64,000 nt of DNA from the NCBI GenBank assembly GCA_963830245.1, contig CAWHNC010000090.1, positions 59,187-123,186 of the forward strand. The letters run 5' to 3'. Positions 47,021-55,510 of this stretch are shown here, piece after piece (position 1 is the stretch's first letter; each line of letters starts with the position of its first letter). This DNA is from Nitrospirota bacterium. Its GTDB lineage: Bacteria; Nitrospirota; Thermodesulfovibrionia; Thermodesulfovibrionales; Dissulfurispiraceae. The position numbers were made by a program, and so were the translations under genes. The notes below the pieces were generated by a model that was not told the DNA's origin, did no database searches, and was given only the letters and a program-made list of their open reading frames with translations.

Positions 47021-47383
47021 TTAATCTCCTCCTATATGAAGGACCCTGTCAGCTGTAAAGGTGCTTGCAAGATACCAATCCATGCTGAACCTTTTGACGC
47101 CCTCCATAGTGTCCTCTTTGTGGTAGCCTCTCGCCTCTGCGCACGCCTCGCAGGCAGTCACCTGCAAATTGCCGGTCGCAACGAGTTCCTGAACCTTTTT
47201 TGCAAGGGCTGAATAATCCTTAAATGCCTTCTGCCCTTTTTTAGAGAGCATTGTTCCATTGCCTGATATCCATAGGTCGACCTTGTGGCCTTTCTGTATT
47301 GCAGCTTCAGAGAGCTTTACGGCAAAATCGAGCGACAATGAGCCGACCAGTGATGAAAAGGTGCCTATTGTTAATTTTCCCAT
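47021..47383 (-). CDS. DsrE-family sulfur relay protein
   Basis: 120 aa. LWISGNG...VTACEACAEARG contains a candidate active-site Cys in the usual context. Confidence 0.7.
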   Translation of the reverse strand: MGKLTIGTFSSLVGSLSLDFAVKLSEAAIQKGHKVDLWISGNGTMLSKKGQKAFKDYSALAKKVQELVATGNLQVTACEACAEARGYHKEDTMEGVKRFSMDWYLASTFTADRVLHIGGD

Positions 47384-47402
47384 GCATGTCTCCTTTCAAG
47401 GA

Positions 47403-47699
47403 TTATATCCATATTGTTTTTTCGTAGTCATTGAAAATAAGATCGACAACATCGCCGTAAGTTACCACCTTTACCCTGGCGTCGACGTTTGCGGCGGTGA
47501 ATCCCCTGCTTTCAAGATCCTCAGACAGTACGTAATATGCAGCCTTCTTGTCGAGGACTGAAGATGCCTTGCCGTCTTCCTTTATAGTCGCAGTATAAAT
47601 GCCGTTACCTACAAAAATTATGCCGAGCTTGTCAGCTGTCAGCCTGTCAATGACATCAGCACCTGAACGGTACTCACTAAAAAAAACGCCTAATTTCAT
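47403..47699 (-). CDS. DsrH/TusB-like protein
   Basis: 98 aa from ATG 47699 (GGAGG upstream). IIFVGNGIY...YVLSEDLESRGF...VVTYGDVVDL pattern. Confidence 0.6.
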   Translation of the reverse strand: MKLGVFFSEYRSGADVIDRLTADKLGIIFVGNGIYTATIKEDGKASSVLDKKAAYYVLSEDLESRGFTAANVDARVKVVTYGDVVDLIFNDYEKTIWI

Positions 47700-47805
47700 G
47701 ATCACACCTCCTCTAATTCTAACAGTTTTTTCAGCCACCCAAACAGACTTTAATGCTATTTCTAACAAAAATGAATAGTGCATATATGATAGATGCAGGT
47801 CTACT

Positions 47806-47846
47806 TTTATACCAGTAAAACAATAGAATTGTCAATAGAAAATTGT
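47806..47846 (-). promoter_or_regulatory. TTGACA-18-TATAAA promoter overlapped by two tandem ACAAT-N-ATTGT palindromes
   Basis: Minus strand: -35 at 47830-47835 and -10 at 47806-47811. Palindromes acaat-aga-attgt (47820-47832) and caat-agaaa-attg (47833-47845). Confidence 0.4.
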
Positions 47847-47951
47847 GAGCAATAACAATATCTTATATGAGTATGGCAATAATTTATAGGATTGGCGGCG
47901 CCGTAAATAATGACCTTCCTGGAAGTAAGGGGTAATCTTTAAAATGCATTT

Positions 47952-49277
47952 TTATGGCCAAAGCAACATATACAGAAGGGTATCAATTTCATCGAGAAGC
48001 TCTTTAAATATCCCGCCGTGGCTTTTTGAGCTGGAAAAGAGTTCCGTCCTCATTTTTTGTATTTCAGGATCGTCACACTTCTCATAGGTGATATGTCCTT
48101 TCTGCATTGCACGCCTTTCGAGAATTAGGAGCTGCTTTGCCTTTTCAACAAAAGGGAAAAGCAAAGCTTTAATCCTCAGTGCGTAGTCAGTAATGAGAGA
48201 CGGGTCAGCGCCGCTGTATCTTATGAGTTCTGAAATTTCTTTAATCAGTACGTACAAATTACAATATTCGAGCCCCCTGACACCTCGCTGCCACTGCAAT
48301 AGCATCGGGGTTCTCCAGAACCAGAGAAAATTACGCTGCCCGAGAGCAATCAATTCATCGACTGCTGCTTCGAGTTCGTCCAATAGCGCGAAAGACCTCT
48401 CGCTATCTCCTATCGGCCCCGCGTCCCCGGGTATTCGTGTCTGCGAGTTTTCATCTGTCCTTTCCGCGCCGGCAAGATAGCGCCATATATTTGTCAGCAC
48501 CACAGCGCCGTTCGTATCTCCGGGGGTATCGAAATGGACCAGCGAGAGCATTACCTTTCCCTTTCCATATGCTCCTTCGACAACTGCGGGATCATTAAGA
48601 AGTCGGTCAGGGTCGAGATTGATCCCATAATATTTTTCCCTGTCAGCCCAATTGCTATAGCGCACTGTATCACCCACATTGAGATCTGAACTGAATGAGT
48701 CGGGCAGGGCATGTCCATAAGTAGCAAGTAAGCGGGTGTCATTTCTGTCCGGCAAAAATTGCGAGGGCCACCATGCGTGGAATACCGGATCTGTGATGCC
48801 CTGCCAAATAGTGCGTCCGGAGAGATTCAACCGTATTCTGCCGCTGAAACTCGGGACCCTCTCTTTAGTGGATTTTCTGCTGACGTTCAGCAGGCCGATT
48901 CCGTCCAGGGTCGCAAGCCCGGCGCCGCCGCAAAAGCCGAGGTAATTGCCGCCGCTGCCGACAAATTCTTTTATTTTATTGGCGCCTTCTGCGCCAAGCG
49001 TCTTGATTTTGTTGGAAGCCCAACCGCCCGGAACAAAAAGGAGTTTGTGCCCGGTGAGAATACCTTTCACTATATCTTCGGAACGAATCAGCTCGAAGGG
49101 CAGGCCGGCAGCCTTCAATGCCCTGTATGCCATCAACCCCCATAGAAATGATTCATCCCATAGGAATGCAATTTTGCCGTCAGCCATTATCAGCGGTAAG
49201 GCAAACCCATTTAAAATTGCTCTTCCCTGTTCGTTCCTGGAAGAGGGAGCAAAAAGGAGATTCCTCTTCACCCGCAA
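47952..49277 (-). CDS. hypothetical protein with a BPL_N / class I glutamine-amidotransferase-like N-terminal region
   Basis: VPGGWA...GGNYLGFCGGAGLA. The C-terminal half is helical and unassigned. Start uncertain (TTG 49277 or ATG 49187). Confidence 0.45.
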   Translation of the reverse strand: MRVKRNLLFAPSSRNEQGRAILNGFALPLIMADGKIAFLWDESFLWGLMAYRALKAAGLPFELIRSEDIVKGILTGHKLLFVPGGWASNKIKTLGAEGANKIKEFVGSGGNYLGFCGGAGLATLDGIGLLNVSRKSTKERVPSFSGRIRLNLSGRTIWQGITDPVFHAWWPSQFLPDRNDTRLLATYGHALPDSFSSDLNVGDTVRYSNWADREKYYGINLDPDRLLNDPAVVEGAYGKGKVMLSLVHFDTPGDTNGAVVLTNIWRYLAGAERTDENSQTRIPGDAGPIGDSERSFALLDELEAAVDELIALGQRNFLWFWRTPMLLQWQRGVRGLEYCNLYVLIKEISELIRYSGADPSLITDYALRIKALLFPFVEKAKQLLILERRAMQKGHITYEKCDDPEIQKMRTELFSSSKSHGGIFKELLDEIDTLLYMLLWP

Positions 49278-49412
49278 GACGGTGTCCGCAGCGAACGGAC
49301 TTGACTATACCTGAAATTTCATCCATATTTTCATCATGCATACGATCAGTATAAAAATATTTCTCTCTGATTAGCAAATTGACGGCATTAAGAAAAATAA
49401 GGAGACAATCAT

Positions 49413-50084
49413 ATGAGGATTATCAGGTTATCGGGCCTGGCTGTTTTATTTCTGTTAGCAATATCATATGCTGACGTTGTAAATGCTGCATCGGGCGACA
49501 GAAATGTGCTTTGGGATATCGTGTCTCATTGCGTTGATTCCGGCAGTGCGCTTCATTGCGAAGATTGCCGGTGGCCGATAGTGGGGAGTGTATGTGCCTG
49601 TTTGAGCACGACAGAAGTGTGGAGAAAGTCCGATGACTTTGTCGTCATTCGTGATCACAAAATGTGCGGATGTCCGGTTGGGTTTGTGCACGGGCTCGCT
49701 ATGCCTCTCAGGCGGGTGAGTGGCGTGGAAGCCAAGGACCGCCCTCCTGGTATTTGGCGCTTTGCCTGGGAGGTCGCAGAAAAACGCATGAGGGCATCTG
49801 AAATTGCACTTGTAGCGAATGAAAAGATGTGCCGCAGCCAGGACCAACTCCACGTGCACATCGTTAAGCTCAATAGTGAGGGGCACAAGAGCTTTATAGG
49901 CAATAATACAGCTACAGTGGCTAACCTCGACCAGGTGTGGAGTAAAGCAGAAGAACTCGCCAAAAATGCGGGGCTAAAAACTTACAGCGTACTCGTAAAA
50001 CTTGGTGACAAGGGTTTTGTGGTGCTGGTTGATGACAGTTGTTTTGAAAAAAGATATACCGAAGATTCATGTTATATCAGATGA
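49413..50084 (+). CDS. cdh: CDP-diacylglycerol pyrophosphatase family protein
   Basis: Signal peptide. LWDIVSHC..., FVVIRDHK, GLAMPL..VSGVE and QDQLHVHIV (HIT-like) follow the Cdh pattern. Confidence 0.6.
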   Translation: MRIIRLSGLAVLFLLAISYADVVNAASGDRNVLWDIVSHCVDSGSALHCEDCRWPIVGSVCACLSTTEVWRKSDDFVVIRDHKMCGCPVGFVHGLAMPLRRVSGVEAKDRPPGIWRFAWEVAEKRMRASEIALVANEKMCRSQDQLHVHIVKLNSEGHKSFIGNNTATVANLDQVWSKAEELAKNAGLKTYSVLVKLGDKGFVVLVDDSCFEKRYTEDSCYIR

Positions 50085-50151
50085 AAGCTCACCGTCAGCC
50101 TTGACCAGGTTCAGTATAAGCTCGCCATGAGATTGACTGCACAACTATTTT

Positions 50152-51207
50152 TTAAGGCTCGAAATAACCTTTCAACTTCAAAGCAAGGTCTTCCGGAAGG
50201 TTTATAATCAATTCAGAATGAAGAAGTTTTTGAAGAAAATAATCATCATTCCGGTAATTGGGATAAAGATTTTGCCTGCTGATGATCTTTACGATACAGC
50301 GGCAACCCTCCCTGAACGCGGGGTCTCTCGCCGCAAGGACCGAATAGTTGAATCCCAGATGCCCTAAACTTTCATACATGGAGAGAACTCTGGAGATTCC
50401 ATAGGCTAGGTCCCCGGTATCTGAATCAGAGAGGATGCCGTAGTCGCACTCCCCCTCATGAATAGCATTAATTTCATTGTTCCCCATTGGCGAAAAGGGA
50501 GTGATCCAGTGCCACTTTCCCTTTTGTGCAACATATCGAACATTGTTTTTTCTCTCTTCGCTTATCAAATCCATAAAATAGCATGAGCCGTTGTCCCGAT
50601 AATACGAGCGGCCGGCCTCCAGAAGCCTGGCATGGTGTGAATATGCCATAGGAGTAATCAGCAACTGTAAATGAGGATGCACCAAACTTGCTCCTGCCGT
50701 AAAGAGATAATTCGCGTTGACTGCAACAAATGATGCAGCAGGGTCCCGGCTGTAAATGGTATTTATAAAATTCCGCGCAGCTATAAGCCCGTTGCCTATT
50801 ATATCGGGGCTGAATTCCGCAAGCTTCAGAAAATGGACCTTGCTGAGGGCTATAACGGAATGGTATTTACCGATGGGGTAGAGATTAGGGAATAAAACAG
50901 CCTCCCCGACTTTTATGCGGCCTCCGGGAATAATGTCCTCCGGATACCGGGGAGTGCTCCTTTCAACCGCATCACCGCAAAAAAAACAATTTGTCGAACT
51001 TTCCTGAACCATTTTGTCGATTAGCGCCTGGTCATTTTCACCGAAAAAGAATTTTGCCTTATTCTTCATATAGTGGTTATACACGCTGATGTCCCCGAGG
51101 AGGGGGTCCCTGCGGACTTCCACCTTCTGCACGTCCTCCTCGAAATCGTTAAAGGGGTGCAGAATCTTCACATCCGACTCATGGCTTTCAAATATGATTT
51201 TCGACAC
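50152..51207 (-). CDS. galactose-1-phosphate uridylyltransferase-like (GalT/HIT superfamily) protein
   Basis: CFFCGD zinc motif and ASLVHPHLQL, the HxHxQ nucleotidyl-transfer motif. Confidence 0.7.
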   Translation of the reverse strand: MSKIIFESHESDVKILHPFNDFEEDVQKVEVRRDPLLGDISVYNHYMKNKAKFFFGENDQALIDKMVQESSTNCFFCGDAVERSTPRYPEDIIPGGRIKVGEAVLFPNLYPIGKYHSVIALSKVHFLKLAEFSPDIIGNGLIAARNFINTIYSRDPAASFVAVNANYLFTAGASLVHPHLQLLITPMAYSHHARLLEAGRSYYRDNGSCYFMDLISEERKNNVRYVAQKGKWHWITPFSPMGNNEINAIHEGECDYGILSDSDTGDLAYGISRVLSMYESLGHLGFNYSVLAARDPAFREGCRCIVKIISRQNLYPNYRNDDYFLQKLLHSELIINLPEDLALKLKGYFEP

Positions 51208-51225
51208 AGTATCTCCCTCCTAAAA

Positions 51226-51328
51226 GTAAGCAGTAGGCACTAAGCAGTAGGCAGCAAAAAAAGAAAAAATCAGAGTATAAGTTGGTCCATTTTTAATCTT
51301 TTGTGCTTACTGCCTACTGCTTACTGCC
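51226..51328. repeat. intergenic inverted repeat built from GCAGTAR heptamers
   Basis: gtaagcagtaggca (51226-51239) pairs perfectly with tgcctactgcttac (51311-51324). A second register (51241-51254 with 51310-51323) is also perfect. The loop is A/T-rich. Confidence 0.55.
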
Positions 51329-51337
51329 TTCTGTTCT

Positions 51338-51814
51338 TTAATATCTCAGTGTTGCCTTCATTCTTTTCGGATTGACAATTAAATTAAGCGCATCTACCGT
51401 TGACGATACGACAATATCGGCTGAAACAACCGCGTCCCTGGAGCACCCCTCGGCAAGACAAACGGCGACGCCTACTTTCGCTGCCTTCAGCATTCTCCTA
51501 TCGTTGTTCCCATTGCCGAACGCTATCACGCTTCCAGCGCCGAGCTTTTGCACGAACTCCTCCTTCTGAATATCGTGACTTTCTCCTGTGAGGATATGTA
51601 TATCGCACTTAACCCCTTCGAGTTCATTCCTCGCCTTTCCAAAAGTATCGGCTGTCAGAATATGCAGATCGAGGATTCCGGCGATTTCGTTCAACTTTTC
51701 TTTTACTCCAGACAGAAGTTCCCCATCGACCGAGAGCGTACCGGTGAAGTCTGAAACGAGATGGCTAAGCTTGACCGGGCCGAACACGGGTATTTCAATT
51801 TCCAGCATTTGCAT
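51338..51814 (-). CDS. HAD-superfamily protein (soluble P-type-ATPase-like)
   Basis: VSDFTGTL (DxxGT) and GNGNNDRRMLKAAKVGVAV motifs. Confidence 0.65.
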   Translation of the reverse strand: MQMLEIEIPVFGPVKLSHLVSDFTGTLSVDGELLSGVKEKLNEIAGILDLHILTADTFGKARNELEGVKCDIHILTGESHDIQKEEFVQKLGAGSVIAFGNGNNDRRMLKAAKVGVAVCLAEGCSRDAVVSADIVVSSTVDALNLIVNPKRMKATLRY

Positions 51815-52502
51815 CCCTGTGAGTGTATTTTATAACGTGCACATCCGACATTACGACAATGCCCTCGCCAACCATATCATCAAGAATCGGGATGGCCTTG
51901 CTGATGTTCTCCTCGGTATCTATTATTGATATCATAATAGGCAATTCCCCATGCTTCGTAAGCGTTTTCTTTTTGTGATACCTCCTGTGGGGTCCGTATC
52001 CCGCAATCGCCTTATATACAGTTGCACCCGCTATGTCAGCCATGATAAGCCTTTTGACGATTGCCTCGTATAAAGACCCTCCCTCCCATTCGTCGTCCTC
52101 GCTAATCATTATGCGGAGCATCTTGGCCTTGCCCTCGAGCTTCATATGTTCACCTTCCCTTTTTTCAAAAGCCGAAGGACGGCTTTTTATGATGTTCGTG
52201 TCTGTTACCTCCACAAGCCCCTTATCAACTACCTGATAAACGTCAGGCAGGACTTTATTGATCATTTCCTCCGATTCGACCACCTCTATTTTTACCGGCA
52301 TACTTGTGGAGAGTTCAAGTATCTTGGTGGTGTGGAACTTGCCGTCGCTGCCGTACCCGGCTATTCCCCTGAAGACGCTTACCCCGATAATTTTTCGCTT
52401 GAAAAAAATGTCGAGCAGCACCTCATATACCGGCTTTCCATTGTACTTATCTGCTTCATCCACATATACCGTAAGTTTTTTGGCTGGTCCCCTCGCAATC
52501 AT
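51795..52502 (-). CDS. tandem DUF190 domain protein
   Basis: Two copies of the L(T/R)(V/I)Y...GKPVYE/GSLYEAIV...GATV(F/Y)(R/K)(G/A)IAGYG pattern. Confidence 0.7.
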   Translation of the reverse strand: MIARGPAKKLTVYVDEADKYNGKPVYEVLLDIFFKRKIIGVSVFRGIAGYGSDGKFHTTKILELSTSMPVKIEVVESEEMINKVLPDVYQVVDKGLVEVTDTNIIKSRPSAFEKREGEHMKLEGKAKMLRIMISEDDEWEGGSLYEAIVKRLIMADIAGATVYKAIAGYGPHRRYHKKKTLTKHGELPIMISIIDTEENISKAIPILDDMVGEGIVVMSDVHVIKYTHRDANAGN

Positions 52503-52513
52503 CGGTTTCTCTC

Positions 52514-52930
52514 CTATAATATCCTGGCTATTACTTCACCTGTTTTCAACGCAACAAAACCGAGAAACACACTCAAAACAACATTGAGACCGGCCAGAAA
52601 AAGCTCACCATCCTTTAACAGCCGACCTGTTTCATATTCAAAAGTCGAGAAGGTAGTATATGCGCCGAGAAACCCAACAATCAGCAATAACCTCCAGAGC
52701 GGGTTCGCGGTGAACCTCTCGGTCAGCAAGGTCATGAGCAGGCCGATGATGAAACTCCCGCTTAAATTGACCACAAAGGTTCCGAGCGGGAAAGTCCTAC
52801 CCCATTTTTGGCCGATCCATGCAGCAAGGACATATCTTGATATGGCTCCTATGAATCCACCCACGCCTATTACCAGATAATTTATCACTCTTCGCCCTAT
52901 TTCAATATCGTTACTGAACAGCTGGAACAT
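52514..52930 (-). CDS. crcB: fluoride ion channel CrcB/Fluc
   Basis: IGVGGFIGAISRY, GTFVVNLSGSF and GFLGAYTTFSTF. ATG 52930 lies 6 nt after AAGGAGG. Confidence 0.85.
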   Translation of the reverse strand: MFQLFSNDIEIGRRVINYLVIGVGGFIGAISRYVLAAWIGQKWGRTFPLGTFVVNLSGSFIIGLLMTLLTERFTANPLWRLLLIVGFLGAYTTFSTFEYETGRLLKDGELFLAGLNVVLSVFLGFVALKTGEVIARIL

Positions 52931-52953
52931 GTGCAACCTCCTTTGCGGACATT

Positions 52954-53035
52954 AAAAAACTCCTGCTCTCATTAATATTAAGAGCAGGAGTTATCAGTCC
53001 TTAAAGGACGGTTACCGGCGAACTCCATCGCCCTG
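52954..53035 (-). promoter_or_regulatory. fluoride riboswitch (crcB motif) with a terminator expression platform
   Basis: The minus strand reads GGGCGAUGGAGUUCGCCGGUAACCGUCCUUUAAGGACUGAUAACUCCUGC, matching the conserved crcB-motif pattern: GGCGAUG, pseudoknot GGAGUU/AACUCC, P3 GUCC/GGAC and CUGAU. The 3' pseudoknot strand is shared with an 11-bp terminator stem (52959-52969 with 52981-52991) plus a U-run. Confidence 0.8.
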
Positions 53036-53140
53036 AAAACAGCATAATTTATAAACTATCAGAATATGACAGTATAGTCAATAAAATAATCAAAACGATT
53101 GATTATTTAATCAAGTACTCGCCAGTTTCAGGAATTCCCC

Positions 53141-53407
53141 CTACTTTTCGATTTCCCAGTTAGTCTCAAATGTGTTGTCATACTCAGTGTAGACGTAGCC
53201 CATAAGCTTTCCAACGCCGGGCAATGCGCCCTCCTTAATACGCCAGTAGGCAAGATAAATACCAGGGACGAGCTGGTTATCTTCAGTATTCTGCCAGACC
53301 TCGCGTTTTTCCATTACCCGCCATAAGGTTCCGTGTTTCCTGCTTTTTACCGTTTGCCCAACTCTTGGCAACTTCTTGTGTTGTTCCACTTCTTCATGTC
53401 CTTTCAT
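53141..53407 (-). CDS. hypothetical protein
   Basis: 88-aa ORF, no family recognised. Confidence 0.4.
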   Translation of the reverse strand: MKGHEEVEQHKKLPRVGQTVKSRKHGTLWRVMEKREVWQNTEDNQLVPGIYLAYWRIKEGALPGVGKLMGYVYTEYDNTFETNWEIEK

Positions 53408-53447
53408 TGGAATAACCCCTCCTCACGTGTTTGTGCAGCGCGATCCA

Positions 53448-53771
53448 TCAATTCAGCGATATAGGATACTCCTGAAACAGAGGCCCATTGTGTTGCGCAG
53501 ACCGTGAAACAACTCTGGCACATAAGTATATCTTTGCATGAACTTCACGTATGGTTGCGTTCAGCTCAACTAAAGCTTTTTTAAAAGTAGTAGCTGCTTC
53601 GCCACACGCCTCTATCTCCCGGACCAGTTTTTCCAGATTCCTTTTGGATTCTTCAAAATTCTTCTTTAAATTAAAATCTCTTTCCCTGGATTCCTGAATA
53701 AGGCGCTTGTATTGTTCTTTTTCTTCCTCAGAAAGGGTCGCAATGTAGTCTTCCAACTTTACATATCTCAT
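53448..53771 (-). CDS. hypothetical coiled-coil protein
   Basis: ATG 53771 (MRYVKLEDYI...). E/K-rich helical sequence, no family recognised. Confidence 0.4.
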   Translation of the reverse strand: MRYVKLEDYIATLSEEEKEQYKRLIQESRERDFNLKKNFEESKRNLEKLVREIEACGEAATTFKKALVELNATIREVHAKIYLCARVVSRSAQHNGPLFQEYPISLN

Positions 53772-53864
53772 ATGTCCGCCTCTGCCGATTATCAACAAGT
53801 CCTTTTAATTAAATTAGACTATAAATATCATCCAATGTCAATAGCCCTCTACCCTTTCCATGTG

Positions 53865-54293
53865 TCATTTGGCCATGACCGGGACGTCTCTGAATTGGGC
53901 CTTCATACCATCAAATACTATTTCTAACACTGACAGCAGCTTAGGTTTAGAATAGACATTTTTAAAAACAAGTGCAGCTCTCACAGGAATATCTGAAACA
54001 AGACTGTTTGTAATCCAATCATCATCTGAAGAATTCCCCATTATGACCTTATCGGCTTTAAATTCATTCCCGATTTTATCTAAAATTCTTGAACCCGCAT
54101 TCCCCAAAATGGTCACTTCCTTGTCCTGACCCTTACTGGTTACCGTAAATTCACAAGCTACTGTCTGACCCGAGAGCCTGCACGTCTGTAATTGAAACAG
54201 GAAGTTCTTTACCTCCACCTCTTGTTGCCCGAGGGCAGTGCCGGCTGACATCAGCAGAAAACAGCAGAGAACCGTACCAAACAGCTTTTGCAT
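53865..54293 (-). CDS. secreted hypothetical protein
   Basis: Signal peptide MQKLFGTVLCCFLLMSAGTALGQ and a beta-rich mature part. Confidence 0.5.
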   Translation of the reverse strand: MQKLFGTVLCCFLLMSAGTALGQQEVEVKNFLFQLQTCRLSGQTVACEFTVTSKGQDKEVTILGNAGSRILDKIGNEFKADKVIMGNSSDDDWITNSLVSDIPVRAALVFKNVYSKPKLLSVLEIVFDGMKAQFRDVPVMAK

Positions 54294-54322
54294 GACATTT
54301 TCCTCCTAATGATTTTTGTTTT

Positions 54323-55486
54323 TCATCTCTCTATCCTTTGCCTCATCTCCTGCATCATGTCTCCCATCTCTTTTTCGACCTCCGCCCATAGATCCTCGAT
54401 CCTGTACGGTCTCTTCGGAGTAAGAATTGTATCACTGTTTATTTTAACCGGTGGCTCACCCTTTTTAATCTCTTTGTCTTCAGCAGGCTTCTGTGTCTGC
54501 TTTTCGACGAGCTCAACCTTGTCAGCAACTTTTACTACAGGATTAATATCCACTGCAACAGTCTTTTCAGGTTCTGCGGTTTCCTTTTTTTGTTCGATCT
54601 TCTGAACTACGTCCGGGTTTCTTTCAACAGGCTGGGGCTCCCTGATAACTACTTTCACTTTATCGGCTTTAATATCTTTAACAGCCGTTTTAGGTGTTGC
54701 ATCTTCAATAGCTGCAACTTGCGGCGTTGTTTCACTGTACAATGACTTTTTGCCATATGCTATGAATATTCTTTTTCCGTCGAGCCATTTTTTTACAACT
54801 GACGCTTTAATCGCAAAATTAACGCCTGTTATAGGCATATTGTCGTCCCCAAGCCTCGCTGCAGCCGAGTTGATGCCTATCATATATCCCCTTCTATCAA
54901 GAAGGGGCCCGCCTGAGTTGCCCCTGTTCAGGCTGGTATCTGTCTGAAAGACATTCTTGCCCGGAATATTGGACTGGTTTTTTATCTCGCCGCTTATCCG
55001 ACCGTATGTCAGCGTCCAGAGACCGCCTTGCTCAGGATGCCCGATTGCTACTACCTCTTCACCGATCTTGATCTCCTCTGAATTGCCGATTTCAATAATA
55101 CCGGTATCCGAAGGCAACCCCTTGACCCTTAAAACAGCAAGGTCGAGATCTGTGTCATAAGCGATCACATCAGCCGTGTACCGCTTGACAAGATCACTGC
55201 TGAACTTGCCCGTCACAACATCAGGTTTGAGATATACCCTGATATTGGTCCACAAACGGGAAGCACCCTTGTCGTATATTACATGGGCATTTGTAATGAC
55301 TGTCCCCGGGGCTATAATGGAGCCTGAGCCGACCATGCCGCTTTTCCCCTCTTCCGAAGCAAGCACCAGTACGACTGCCTTTGAATTTTTCTCGTACACT
55401 TCAACTGCCGGGAAGGCGCCGACAAGGGCCGGCAATACCAAAAGCAGCAAAAAACAAATACACGCTGATATTTTCATTTTTTTCAC
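54323..55486 (-). CDS. secreted trypsin-like (S1C/HtrA-type) serine protease without PDZ, with a K/E/P-rich C-terminal extension
   Basis: Signal peptide, VITNAHVI (His), DLAVLRV (Asp) and NRGNSGGPLLD (Ser). Confidence 0.8.
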   Translation of the reverse strand: MKKMKISACICFLLLLVLPALVGAFPAVEVYEKNSKAVVLVLASEEGKSGMVGSGSIIAPGTVITNAHVIYDKGASRLWTNIRVYLKPDVVTGKFSSDLVKRYTADVIAYDTDLDLAVLRVKGLPSDTGIIEIGNSEEIKIGEEVVAIGHPEQGGLWTLTYGRISGEIKNQSNIPGKNVFQTDTSLNRGNSGGPLLDRRGYMIGINSAAARLGDDNMPITGVNFAIKASVVKKWLDGKRIFIAYGKKSLYSETTPQVAAIEDATPKTAVKDIKADKVKVVIREPQPVERNPDVVQKIEQKKETAEPEKTVAVDINPVVKVADKVELVEKQTQKPAEDKEIKKGEPPVKINSDTILTPKRPYRIEDLWAEVEKEMGDMMQEMRQRIER

Positions 55487-55510
55487 CTTTGCTTCTTTTT
55501 TGTATTGTCA

